IMG/VR virus record: IMGVR_UViG_3300021256_000056
Location: 64,001 to 128,000 of that record
Reading direction: 5' to 3' (one strand)
Length of the DNA: 64,000 nt
Origin: a virus
Taxonomy: Duplodnaviria; Caudoviricetes
Shown here: piece after piece, positions 9,101 through 16,946 of the stretch
Numbering within the stretch: position 1 is the stretch's first letter
Layout of the letters: every line of letters begins with the position of its first letter
Notes under the pieces: model-generated
What the model saw: only the letters and a program-made list of their open reading frames with translations
Databases searched by the model: none
Told to the model about the DNA's origin: nothing
Translations under genes and position numbers: made by a program

Positions 9101-11974
9101 AGCATAGTTTTTCGTTGTTGAGCTCCAGTCATCGGGATGTTCGGCTTTACCAGCTTCGTAGGTGGCTTGGTCTATCTGTTCGTACTCATATTCCTGATAA
9201 TCAATACCATCTATATCGCAGAAACCATATACAGATTCTGTTGATTTATCGTTATTAAAGTTATATTTTCCGAGGAACTTCCAATCAGTATCGTCCATTG
9301 AATAGCGGTAAAATACAACGCATGGGAATCCGTCAACGGTTGTACGAACGTCCATGTTGTTCGTGGGGTCGCTCATGACAACAGCCTGTGCTCTGGTCCT
9401 TGAAACGAATTTTCCTTCAAGCGTTGCATCCCTCATTACTTGGTTCCAAAATCTTGCAACACCCGTATTGTGTGATGAAGATGATTCGGCAAAGTCGGCT
9501 TTAAATGTCCAGCAGTTAACTGCCTGGGCTTTTCTTTCACCTTCAGAAAACGTACCTTCTAAACCGCTCTTAAATGCGACCTTACCCTTACCAGGTTTGG
9601 ATGGGTTAATCTCCTGCCCTTCTGGTGAAATTTTGTCTATTGTTGACGTTGTACCCGTATATGTTATAGGTAATGGCCACTCCCCGTATTTTCCTTTAGC
9701 CTTATCTTTGATGTAGAGCCTGAGGTTTTTCTTGGGGTAGTTCATTGATGATGTACCCTGGCATGTCATTTGAGGATATTCCACCAAGAAGTTTGTAATA
9801 GGGTCTAGGTTGTTGATATATTGGATACGTCTAAGAAGGATTGGTGTACTCTTATCAACAGTGGTAAAACTCATTAAGTTTTCTATGTTATTCCTTGTCT
9901 GGTCATAGTCAGTAATGAGCAACATTGGAAGGATACTTGAAATAGCATCCATATCAAATTTACCGCGAACAGCGTAAACATCATTCCTGTCGTAGATTTC
10001 CTTCATCTCTTGGAAGGTGTTCCTATATAACATATAATTATTAAGGATGTCGTCCGCGTCAAGTGCGCGATTATAAATGCGTATTTGTCTGATTTTAACT
10101 CCAGCTTCAGCGGAACCTTCAATTCTGATGTATTTATCGGCAGCAAAGCTTGATGTTGTCCTATTGTATCCCGCAGCACCACAAGCAGCACCATTTACAT
10201 ATATGTAAATAAGTGGTTTACCTGCGCTTTCGGGGTCAACGACGAAAACAATACGGTTGTTTTCACCGCTTTTGAATTTTGTTGACACACTATTAAGTGC
10301 ATTATCGTTAAATATTGCTTCAGATGCTGTTAACGTAATACCTGGCATGTTAACGCCGTCATTCTTTATATTACAAATTACAGCGTCATCATTTGATACA
10401 TTAAATGTAGAGAACTCTATTTCAAAAGTTAAACCGTCGTCCTGTATAGTGCTCGTAAGCGGTTTGCAGTTTACTTCAATTGCATTGTTGTTTGATATGA
10501 TAAGTTCGTCGTTATTCCATCCAGAGGTATCGTCCCAAGTAAAATTATAAAACGTTGTGCTATAAACTTCACTACCGTTATCATATTCCCATATCTCCCT
10601 GTCTTCGGGATTATTGGTCTTACCATTGGCGCGTAAATTAAGAATCAAACCAGCAGTAATTTCGTAAACATTAAGTTCATTCTTCTCAATTGGCGCACCA
10701 ATTATATAAACAGTTGACTCGACGCCGTCGTTGGCGATGATTTTAATTCTTGTTTCACCGCTGACTGTTGGGCTAACCGTTGCATCCCAAATTTGGCCTT
10801 CTTCTACAGAGTTGGTATATGAAACATCCACCTTCTCAATATCTCCGTCTGTATAGCAGACTTGGACCGTTGTGTTGACGTTTGCAACGTTAGGTTTATA
10901 TACGGCCACTGGAAGATTAAATGAAGTGTATTGTACTACGTCATAAAGAACTGGTGTTAAATATGTTTCACCAGTAAATGGGTCATAACCAATAGGTATT
11001 TCAAGCGCAGCAGCAACTATTGGGGTCTCGCCACCGTTTGATACGATAAAATCCCTATAATATGTTGGTGTATAGAAACGTTTTTCGTTTATGACCAACC
11101 ATGCGCGGTATTGTATGTTGTGTCTGCCTTCGCTAAAATCTCTTGAATTTATACCGATGGTTTTGGTTAAATTTCCACTTTCCTGTCCACCAGGGATTGG
11201 GTCGGGCGCGTCTTGTAAAATGCCGTCAACATACCATTCGATAAATTTATTAACGGTCGATGTTCCCGTCACGCCCCAGACGATTGTGAGGGTTGAAGAT
11301 TTTCCATCGGAGACGTCGTGGACTCTGGCAATATTAATGTTGTCAACTACCCTTAAATTAATTACTTGATAAATAACGGTTGTATTGGCAATAGCGTTAC
11401 TCGTACCGCCAACCGCATTTATGGCAACAATATTTTGACCTTCTGTTAAATAATTGTCTACTGTAAGCCTGTCGGTTTCGCCTGCTTGCGCAACGTGCGT
11501 GACAAATGTCTTTGAGCCGTCGGGGCGAGTAATGGAATAGTTAATGTTAATAACTTCAATAAGAGGATTATCATCTTTATCGAATGTTTCAACTTTAAAT
11601 ACCACTTCATTACCTGTTTGCCCAACCAAAATTGCGTTTGTTGGTTGTGTATGCTCACTATCCAGTGTAATCACAATACGATAGTTTGAATAACTGTTCA
11701 TCTCAGCAAGTTTAAGTGCTGCGATTTCAGGGTCCATGGGGTCATCATCCTCATGTTCCAGATAAATGTTACATGATTCTTCATCAGCAAAGATATAATA
11801 TTTACCCTTGCCATTATCGTGGATAAATCCCCACTTACTATCAAGACCGCCCTTAATGAAATTTTCTACACTCTCACCATCGGCAGCGTCATATATAACA
11901 CCGTCTTTAATAAGTGGTCCACCCCACTTGTCGTGTTTATTTAATTCACCAGAATAGATATTCTTTTTAGCCAT
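3134..11974 (-). CDS. Giant tail-associated protein: Ig-like / LamG-like / CotH-family kinase / LRR / BspA-type LRR
   Basis: LamG-like segment (LTFEIEF...IYIYVNG...IRIYNRAL). CotH motifs QGTSSMNYPKKN, RTTVDGFP, GKYNFNNDK, DQVVKN, YDNDT. Many IG..AF..C..L..I.LP BspA repeats at about 4150-5950. Confidence 0.75.
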   Translation of the reverse strand: MAKKNIYSGELNKHDKWGGPLIKDGVIYDAADGESVENFIKGGLDSKWGFIHDNGKGKYYIFADEESCNIYLEHEDDDPMDPEIAALKLAEMNSYSNYRIVITLDSEHTQPTNAILVGQTGNEVVFKVETFDKDDNPLIEVININYSITRPDGSKTFVTHVAQAGETDRLTVDNYLTEGQNIVAINAVGGTSNAIANTTVIYQVINLRVVDNINIARVHDVSDGKSSTLTIVWGVTGTSTVNKFIEWYVDGILQDAPDPIPGGQESGNLTKTIGINSRDFSEGRHNIQYRAWLVINEKRFYTPTYYRDFIVSNGGETPIVAAALEIPIGYDPFTGETYLTPVLYDVVQYTSFNLPVAVYKPNVANVNTTVQVCYTDGDIEKVDVSYTNSVEEGQIWDATVSPTVSGETRIKIIANDGVESTVYIIGAPIEKNELNVYEITAGLILNLRANGKTNNPEDREIWEYDNGSEVYSTTFYNFTWDDTSGWNNDELIISNNNAIEVNCKPLTSTIQDDGLTFEIEFSTFNVSNDDAVICNIKNDGVNMPGITLTASEAIFNDNALNSVSTKFKSGENNRIVFVVDPESAGKPLIYIYVNGAACGAAGYNRTTSSFAADKYIRIEGSAEAGVKIRQIRIYNRALDADDILNNYMLYRNTFQEMKEIYDRNDVYAVRGKFDMDAISSILPMLLITDYDQTRNNIENLMSFTTVDKSTPILLRRIQYINNLDPITNFLVEYPQMTCQGTSSMNYPKKNLRLYIKDKAKGKYGEWPLPITYTGTTSTIDKISPEGQEINPSKPGKGKVAFKSGLEGTFSEGERKAQAVNCWTFKADFAESSSSHNTGVARFWNQVMRDATLEGKFVSRTRAQAVVMSDPTNNMDVRTTVDGFPCVVFYRYSMDDTDWKFLGKYNFNNDKSTESVYGFCDIDGIDYQEYEYEQIDQATYEAGKAEHPDDWSSTTKNYATVEALEAAVRDKVGKKAPEPLTEMDYILTLCPTAYEYSKTYQEGKATIAEEPYLALYAQKIMTAGDVKNKNYCVEVLENENRVTNFIADVSEFDSDWDKGFEFRYPEVDKDIPDADTKGGLTNLREFYAWCHSTMETSDAFTPGMTISICGETRHNEDLVYKQAEQYYAANGNYVVNTYEDFLNYQKLKFEKEKWDYLDIFKMAAYYVYLMRFGAVDQVVKNSMFTSEGTVSYIAITTASGSDTGGTKTVTVKYEETIGNHCKWFYINYDNDTILGLNNDGQLVYKPDIDRNSRTGSGSWIEYAEPTTAQTAACIGEYDTYDDLIHAQKTGEIHPNSGDMYKVGDEVYEWSNESGYAYAGHSSVLWNNLEADGEFMTIVSDIDNALYVAGLTYDNALTMFNTKQANMWCERILNKDANFKYIESYTIQGLNHLGKMQGPRSSHRAWWLSKRFTYFDSKFVSGDYKNKKVLFKADAPIERGDDPLKFTLLPTEFMNYGWGITNRSNGQTGIPSTKKPDGTFNYLTFDVKDGGMAALAQGDPVEIYATPYISELDLSNFAPYLMVLDLSGVQHDVLGSQLKKLILGKPGKVNRGTSSLKPSDLTGIEKAEKLEYIDMQGFENLTSLDLSQNPNVKEVYAFRSGLLAIVFANGSRMEKLSLPACYNTLLLNGVNYLAANKIAFENDDMSKVNNLQIVNCDALKETSIDILKKWYGQKDDALANTIVRFEGFDWVITYDDLDMFEALKNNCDSFNLRGTITISDNIQGDTREETVQRVQRIKDLFGVNCFDKTKNPPVLVTCRLPFVIIDSDKTVVTARQDTVVNYSCEIYPNREPNSYVVFEIVRGEEYDTRTGVTIESDSENATAVLTTEELITGEDNNLTIRVTYWWEGSNQFTSEINLLVKDPTYPMSSTGLTISGASSIKKENRYFYDLEVLGPDEKDATGTYTVEWTFDNMSSPYIDYDNCGVVPGNQNRYVVATSTQEPETSANIHLIANVVPVNGSPVSKSFKLLILNEDVIISIESNPVVMNVASAAGWASDPNVLTKSEALDVTDIGTVFANLVSDAFTFDEFAEFVNVKTIQENAFMNCNVTKLTLPKDIETIGQGAFQGCDGLTEIDFGQNTKLTTIPRFCFYQCQSLSKVILPASITKIEQYAFGGTRNIQHLAVSGTEISKNVVVVPNTLTTIVDGAFETFSSTDTGNVINIDCGLVSVEIPAKLGLISDGKLDKYMLRGENITAFTVNDKSTTYVAVDGVLYNKTQQTIYKYPCGKSDLTTYTTLDNCITLYDYSFYNTQLEHITLNRIITQFGQHVFAFNNNLLDIDMSLSTSLKVIGNYAYQNCVALTAITYPTSLEEFGNHIYERCDAMTDIVIPNTVKTVGNYFIVECNNIESLELPDSITTVKRVIDPRNPDCFMKSCHNLKYIKFPKYLTLEYNSADDMTSLTAVTLPVASYNIEEGGEIHSVVVNATSFSNRHILGGKTADAGKLLEYRIPEEDSGEIFETYEGSIYSVPDKQIVNVPFGISVLNMKPGTISVKGGDNMTNGGGAVAKCVHMTEVNFSDTLTTIGEYGFTQCTSLRSITLPESFTTTAGRCFADCTSLSSATFEKNYKNIGSELFNGDRNLRSVVFKSNLSGGSLGYAAFNNCSKLSALTMAFMSVPTIPNGGNVSRGYNPFGTLDADLDFTGSAPLSRIPSSFIGYETRKDGVNTLKVAYFTNPEGTKTSLELYREANRWGDPLFTPATDQVLRGTCTYEELIKKTWGKIDNPTQEEIDACIGAYDTFKNLVKAVTDGEINPAIGDMYKVGEGDKTIVYVWGERLSLDDVWRVSDRDNNYYGWDGEQWQSLGRIFNGSEFNIEYLTFADDIYIKLYSGGSEYNYDGTDTTQIPYADEINMGIYQTSGEFAGYYKFSFGGDVISNKPITITKGAAGDMFGTIRPLAFEEHVYELSANLMGITRFKATSPSEEPTVSKYDYDVLVSKFNSLDTKVRKLLGK

Positions 11975-11989
11975 TATCTAGTATTGTTT

Positions 11990-12166
11990 TTATTCATGAT
12001 TTTTCCAGGCATCGGCATTTGAATATGGAGCAGAGCTCACCCAATAACCCCTGCCGAAGCATGATTTAATTAATTCCCATACGAGCGTTAGGCCGCGATA
12101 TGCCGCAGTGATGATTTTTTCACCCCTGTAAATACCTTCAATTGGAGTTTCGCCGCGATATATCAT
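11990..12166 (-). CDS. 58-aa small virion-associated protein (absent from ORF track)
   Basis: MIYRGETPIEGIYRGEKIITAAYRGLTLVWELIKSCFGRGYWVSSAPYSNADAWKNHE. TAATG coupling to the upstream gene; three YRG repeats. Confidence 0.8.
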   Translation of the reverse strand: MIYRGETPIEGIYRGEKIITAAYRGLTLVWELIKSCFGRGYWVSSAPYSNADAWKNHE

Positions 12167-12795
12167 TATTCCTCGTATGTATAATATGTTCTATTGGGGT
12201 CTATTGTGCCCTCTTCGACCATTGCTTCGTATTCGGCCTCGGTTCCGTACCAATCTTCAACAAAAAACGCAGTAACATCATTATAAGAATATTTGCTCCC
12301 AGAGGGGCTGTCATATTCTATAATAAGGTACGAACCCGCAGGATGCAACTCCCCGTCAAGACCAATAAATGCCTCGGCGTGCTTTTCGATTGTAATTGAT
12401 TTAATGACTGAACCTATTGGTATGTTTTCAATTTCAATTTCGATGTCACTAAGGTGTTTTTCGACCTTACCAAAAGCATCGGCCACTGTGTCTGCCGTGG
12501 TAAGGGTCAACCCACTACCTTCTTCTTGGGACTCGGTGTACGCGCTTGAGAGCTTAATATTTTCTCCGCTCGTGATGTTAATCACCTTCCCAGGATTAAG
12601 AGTACTTGCGCTTTCGGTTATCATGAAGATACCAGGCGTCTCACTATCATTACATAAAATGATTTCGCCTTCACGCAAAACTTCATCTTTGCCCAAACCG
12701 TATTTATTGACCAGTTTGAGGGTGGTGAATGAATTTACGTTTATATCCCCAGGATTTCTATAGTGTTTATTTACTACTATTTTTGTATCAGCCAT
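12166..12795 (-). CDS. Short tail-fibre / adaptor-like protein
   Basis: Start moved to the ATG of MADTK. LREGEIIL motif as in the 728-aa fibre, DTVADAFGKVEK, C-terminal WYGTEAEYEAM...DPNRTYY. Confidence 0.6.
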   Translation of the reverse strand: MADTKIVVNKHYRNPGDINVNSFTTLKLVNKYGLGKDEVLREGEIILCNDSETPGIFMITESASTLNPGKVINITSGENIKLSSAYTESQEEGSGLTLTTADTVADAFGKVEKHLSDIEIEIENIPIGSVIKSITIEKHAEAFIGLDGELHPAGSYLIIEYDSPSGSKYSYNDVTAFFVEDWYGTEAEYEAMVEEGTIDPNRTYYTYEE

Positions 12796-12815
12796 TGATG
12801 TTAATGCATTTTTCA

Positions 12816-12824
12816 ATAAATAGT
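12816..12824 (-). promoter_or_regulatory. Putative late promoter ACTATTTAT (variant CCTATTTAT at 12849-12857)
   Basis: Exact motif 20 nt upstream of ATG 12795; heads the 12795-3134 unit. Confidence 0.7.
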
Positions 12825-12865
12825 CGGATAAGCAGAAAACAAAGGCCCATAAATAGGATTAACAA

Positions 12866-12874
12866 ACTATTTAT
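12866..12874 (+). promoter_or_regulatory. Putative late promoter ACTATTTAT (divergent)
   Basis: Exact motif 10 nt upstream of ATG 12885. Confidence 0.7.
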
Positions 12875-12884
12875 CAATACCAAT

Positions 12885-14351
12885 ATGAATAAAAATAAAA
12901 CAATATTATTAAGAGAAGACCAATTGCATTTGCTAGCGGAAAGGGTATCGTCAATTGTATATCATTTCTGTTCATTTGCTTCCTGTCTTGGTATTTGTAA
13001 AGATAACCAATTTATTTTAAGTCATATATCCAGGGGAACCGCTGATGGAAATATTAATAAAACTCGACATTACCTCTCCCTTACCAGACAAAAAAGTCAT
13101 AAATTAGGGTATTCAACGAATGGAGATGTCCGTATTACTCTTGACGGTGATAAACTTAATCAAAGGTATTCTGGCGGGCCAGTTGACTACTGGGGAAATA
13201 GTATGGGCAAACAGGAATATATGAGGCAGGGCGCCGAAAGAGGCCATTATGACCCAACTCAAAACCGTACCGAAAATGAAGACCGAATCTTTTCAAATGA
13301 CCCAGTAATACCGAACGCAAATTTTTATATCAAAAGGATAGATATATTGCTCCGCCCAGGGCGAGACGGAAATCTTAACCCCAATGAAGTAGCTGTAACC
13401 CAAGAAATACTAAAAACTGGCTTTCAGAACGTGACCTTTGTGTATGGCGACGAAGCTTCATTTGATGCGCAAAATCAAAACATAATTAATAACAAAATTT
13501 TGTTCATGAATGTCGCACCCGCAGAAAAACATGAACCATATAAATCATCTATTATACGCGCACTTTCAGACCTTCTTAATGTGGTTACGTGTTATGAACA
13601 CGACAGAAGTCAAGTTTGGCCTGTCTGCAGAAAACTACTAAAAGATTATGGCATTGGTCGTCATCTTGTCCAAAATTATGGGCCTCAATATCTCAAAGAC
13701 CTTGAAAATGACATGTATTACAAAACCTGGTTTTTAAGTGACGTTTTCGCTAATACACAAAATATGATAGATACCCTAAGGAGGGACGATAAAACGCTCT
13801 ATATCAGGGGAATGAGGCTTTTTAATGACTATTTAGACAAACGAAATCTCTTTGATTTAAAAGATTTATATCGCTATAAAAAAAATATTGCGAACAAAGC
13901 GTCGCGGGGCGAGGTGTCGGGTTTAAATTGGAATAAAACCGCACAAATTCTCGCATTGACCCAACTTGATTATGACCCAGAGGGGCCTTCTAGGGAATAT
14001 TTCGGTGGCGCAATCGCCGTTGTTAATCCAGATAGAACATCGATTTGGTCTGTAATTCCACAGGAGCGAGAATACTTTGTAAACGATGTTTTGGCGGGTG
14101 ACCCAGAATATAGCAGTGAAACTGAGGTTAAATTTGAAAAATACTTACAACACATTGTAAAAAGTAATATTTCGGTAACACAATTTATAGACTTTTTATC
14201 TAAACTCAAAGTAAACCAAGAGAAGAAGGATGAAATTTTGGGGTGGAGAAAATTCCAAACCATAACCGTTAGCCCATGGAACTATGACCATTGTCATTAT
14301 TTATCTGATAATGACCAAAAAACCGTTGAGCAAATGCTCAGCGGCGATTAA
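12885..14351 (+). CDS. Probable internal head protein with ADP-ribosyltransferase-like N-terminal domain
   Basis: Start moved to MNKNKTILLREDQLHLLAE. Motifs VYHF, YLSLTR, VRITLDG, ENEDRI follow the H...S-x-T...E-x-E order of ART folds. Confidence 0.5.
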   Translation: MNKNKTILLREDQLHLLAERVSSIVYHFCSFASCLGICKDNQFILSHISRGTADGNINKTRHYLSLTRQKSHKLGYSTNGDVRITLDGDKLNQRYSGGPVDYWGNSMGKQEYMRQGAERGHYDPTQNRTENEDRIFSNDPVIPNANFYIKRIDILLRPGRDGNLNPNEVAVTQEILKTGFQNVTFVYGDEASFDAQNQNIINNKILFMNVAPAEKHEPYKSSIIRALSDLLNVVTCYEHDRSQVWPVCRKLLKDYGIGRHLVQNYGPQYLKDLENDMYYKTWFLSDVFANTQNMIDTLRRDDKTLYIRGMRLFNDYLDKRNLFDLKDLYRYKKNIANKASRGEVSGLNWNKTAQILALTQLDYDPEGPSREYFGGAIAVVNPDRTSIWSVIPQEREYFVNDVLAGDPEYSSETEVKFEKYLQHIVKSNISVTQFIDFLSKLKVNQEKKDEILGWRKFQTITVSPWNYDHCHYLSDNDQKTVEQMLSGD

Positions 14352-14776
14352 TTGTTGTGTTTTGTAATATCGTCAACGACAATCATGTCATCATCCTCAA
14401 CTTCTTCGGTTATTACGTCTTTCTCTCCTTTGCTTTCAAAGTATTCTTCTATATGATGTAATATCCAAACAACCCCAGAAGTGAATCCACAATCACATAA
14501 AGCCGCAAGCCACCAAAGGTTTGTTGCGCCCAATATAATATTAAAAGGTGTTAGTGCAACTGGTATGAAAAACCAATTGATGAGAGAGCAAAAGAGTCCA
14601 AGATTCGCGGGAAAACACATCATGCAAGTGAACATGGTGCCAAAATGGTCTCCAATACGATTGGTTATATATCGTATCCATTCGAAAATGCGAAATGGCC
14701 CGCTACCAAAAACAAACATATTGCTTATTCCGTAAGCGGCAATGCAATAACAAAAAATTAAAAACCAATTACTCAT
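14348..14776 (-). CDS. Small multi-pass membrane protein, DUF1360-like
   Basis: Three hydrophobic segments, FTCMMC CxxC motif, acidic tail. Confidence 0.55.
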   Translation of the reverse strand: MSNWFLIFCYCIAAYGISNMFVFGSGPFRIFEWIRYITNRIGDHFGTMFTCMMCFPANLGLFCSLINWFFIPVALTPFNIILGATNLWWLAALCDCGFTSGVVWILHHIEEYFESKGEKDVITEEVEDDDMIVVDDITKHNN

Positions 14777-15263
14777 CCTTTACCTCCTCGTTTTTCTCTT
14801 CATTTTTTTTGGGCCTTCCGCCCCTTCCCTGTATTGTGCCAGTTGATTTTTCAATAAATGGGGGCACGTTGTTTGGGGTGTTTATTTCAGGATTTGAAAA
14901 TATCAGTTGTAAGGTTCTTAATTTTTCAATATCATAATCTTCGTTCTCGAAAATTTGTTGCAAGTCTTTTACCTTTTCATTAAAAAGCACTGCTTTTTCT
15001 TGTGCTTCTCGATTAACCTTAACATTAAAGTCAACTGCATTGAATATTGCTTCAAATCCAACGCTCATTTTACCCCAAAAGTAAGTGAGACCGTTCTCAT
15101 GCACGCATTCCACGCCATACTTCTCGGTGGTTCGATTGTCAAGAACCCATGACGGGGGGAATACAGTAGTTATGTAAATGAAATCACCTTCTTCGGTGTT
15201 AGCTACTTTCATTTCACGAAAGTATTCTTTGATGTTTGCTATTCTTTGTGATATATCTGCCAT
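14769..15263 (-). CDS. Hypothetical protein
   Basis: 164-aa ORF with its own host-type promoter; overlaps the next gene. Confidence 0.75.
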   Translation of the reverse strand: MADISQRIANIKEYFREMKVANTEEGDFIYITTVFPPSWVLDNRTTEKYGVECVHENGLTYFWGKMSVGFEAIFNAVDFNVKVNREAQEKAVLFNEKVKDLQQIFENEDYDIEKLRTLQLIFSNPEINTPNNVPPFIEKSTGTIQGRGGRPKKNEEKNEEVKDE

Positions 15264-15266
15264 AAT

Positions 15267-15300
15267 AAAAAACCACCATCTTTTTATAGAAAGATAGTGG
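15267..15300 (-). terminator. Intrinsic terminator overlapping the -7 box of the downstream promoter
   Basis: Minus strand CCACTATCTTT-loop-AAAGATGGTGG-TTTTTT. Confidence 0.65.
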
Positions 15301-15320
15301 CCTATGTGATAAAAATCAAG
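15289..15320 (-). promoter_or_regulatory. Bacteroidota-type promoter (variant)
   Basis: CTTG-N20-TATCTTTC. Confidence 0.55.
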
Positions 15321-15327
15321 TTATTAA

Positions 15328-16038
15328 TTATATCTTACTAGAATTGTTAAGCAAAATGGCAAACTTATTAGCGTATTTTTGAACAGCCCTGGTGATTGTT
15401 TCCGAATCCAAAGGTTCTGAGTCACAATATTCAATTCCAAGTGCACCAATAATGGTTTCTTCACCATAAAGGGCATCAATTGTAAAATGATTTACCCCAT
15501 CACCCTTAATTCTATAATAAAAAACTTCGTCAACCTCTTTTAAATTTTCAATATCGCCAGACCAATAATTGGTCTTATACAAGAAAGTGCAAAAACTATA
15601 TCTCTGAAGTCTAACGTTCTTATATTCGTCCTCCAAAAGCGTCATACCACTTCTCGCTGATTCATATGTCATATCCACATATAGAAATGGCAGACTGGTT
15701 AAATTTGAACCTCCATTATGTGCTTCAACGATAAATGTTCTGTCGGCATTAAGTGTCACGCGCAATTCAAGGAGGGCTTCTCTAATTTGAGGGTCATTTT
15801 TGATACGTTTATCAACGGCCTCCTGATGTTGTCTAATTTGTACTTTTTGAATTTCATTAAAGATTAATTGGGGCTTAAAGGCAACTACACCTACGGTGAT
15901 TGTTATGAACAATAACATCAATGCGCTAATTATCTTACCCAGGCCATAATCTTTCTGCAATTTAAGAAGGCGCTCAAGCCATCCTATGACGTTCCCGCTA
16001 TTGTTGGAACCAATTGGTACTTTTTCTTCGTTTGCCAT
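15328..16038 (-). CDS. Single-TM protein with GAF-like domain; T4 holin T-like candidate
   Basis: N-terminal amphipathic helix, TM (IISALMLLFITITVGVVAF), then LNADRTFIVEAHNG...IGALGIEY GAF-like pattern. Confidence 0.55.
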   Translation of the reverse strand: MANEEKVPIGSNNSGNVIGWLERLLKLQKDYGLGKIISALMLLFITITVGVVAFKPQLIFNEIQKVQIRQHQEAVDKRIKNDPQIREALLELRVTLNADRTFIVEAHNGGSNLTSLPFLYVDMTYESARSGMTLLEDEYKNVRLQRYSFCTFLYKTNYWSGDIENLKEVDEVFYYRIKGDGVNHFTIDALYGEETIIGALGIEYCDSEPLDSETITRAVQKYANKFAILLNNSSKI

Positions 16039-16053
16039 AACTTTTATTGCGGT

Positions 16054-16899
16054 TTAGTCTTTTATTTGCATATTGTTCCTGGCGCTGTCAAGAGTTTTTG
16101 TGAACGCCCCGTTACTCTCATTAAGTCTCTCGTCACCAGTTGAGTTTTTGAAATACTCACCAGAATTATAATTGAAGAGTGATTTCATTCTGTCAAGAGA
16201 CTCGTTGAATCTCTGCTTGTCTTCGTGTTCAAGAATGTTTGCCTTGTTATCAGACCATTCAATAAGATACTGATTTCCGTTCTTATCCTTCATGCGGAAA
16301 ACGCACCCCTCATTTTTGAAATCATCAGGAATACGTGAAATCATGTGACCTTCTGTTAAGAATGCGGTTTTTTTGAAGAAAACGGTCTTCACCCTATTCT
16401 CGTTAACATATCCGCCTTCACGCTTGAAATATTCCTTTCCACCTGGCCTGTGATATATGGCATCACTTTTAATACCCGTGGAATTGACGATTTCTTTATT
16501 TGCTTTTATTTTGTCATCGGATTTCTTGATTGCGTCATAAAACTTCTCGTTTGTTTCGCGCTCCCCAGTTTTCTCAATATCGTTTTCTTTCTCGTCTTTT
16601 GACGAATAACCTTCTACATGGGCCTTCTGTTGCTCTTTCCACTCTTTCCCTGGGTCAAAATCAAAGTCAGCGTCAAGCGTGGTTCTGTTCCAATCACGCT
16701 TTTCGTATTCTGCAGTTTTGGGGGCTTCTAATTCTTTTCCATAATGTTCTTTGGAAATAGATTTTGCGTCTTTATAGGCCTTGTCGTTAATCTCTTTGTT
16801 TTTGCTTTCCACTTCAGGCCCGAATTTGGGCTTGAATTCATTGGAACTTGCCTCCCTGATAAGAGATTTTAATTCGCCTACGGTGTAACTTGTTTCCAT
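16054..16899 (-). CDS. Probable internal head/core protein
   Basis: Leader YTVGELKSLIRE; multiple [LIVF]-x-E sites (VNE, LTE, FNE, LNE); late motif upstream. Confidence 0.55.
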   Translation of the reverse strand: METSYTVGELKSLIREASSNEFKPKFGPEVESKNKEINDKAYKDAKSISKEHYGKELEAPKTAEYEKRDWNRTTLDADFDFDPGKEWKEQQKAHVEGYSSKDEKENDIEKTGERETNEKFYDAIKKSDDKIKANKEIVNSTGIKSDAIYHRPGGKEYFKREGGYVNENRVKTVFFKKTAFLTEGHMISRIPDDFKNEGCVFRMKDKNGNQYLIEWSDNKANILEHEDKQRFNESLDRMKSLFNYNSGEYFKNSTGDERLNESNGAFTKTLDSARNNMQIKD

Positions 16900-16923
16900 G
16901 TTTTTATTTTTGTTTTTATATTA

Positions 16924-16932
16924 TTAAATAGT
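16924..16932 (-). promoter_or_regulatory. Putative late promoter variant ACTATTTAA
   Basis: 8/9 match in the intergenic gap. Confidence 0.6.
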
Positions 16933-16946
16933 TTATCACATCGAAA

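Noticed and set aside
12729-12884. Extended ORF-track starts (12729, 12816, 17768, 19716, 23755, 28166, 29999, 44363, 56511)
   Set aside because: They overlap promoters or neighbouring genes; downstream ATGs fit the promoter positions and translational coupling.
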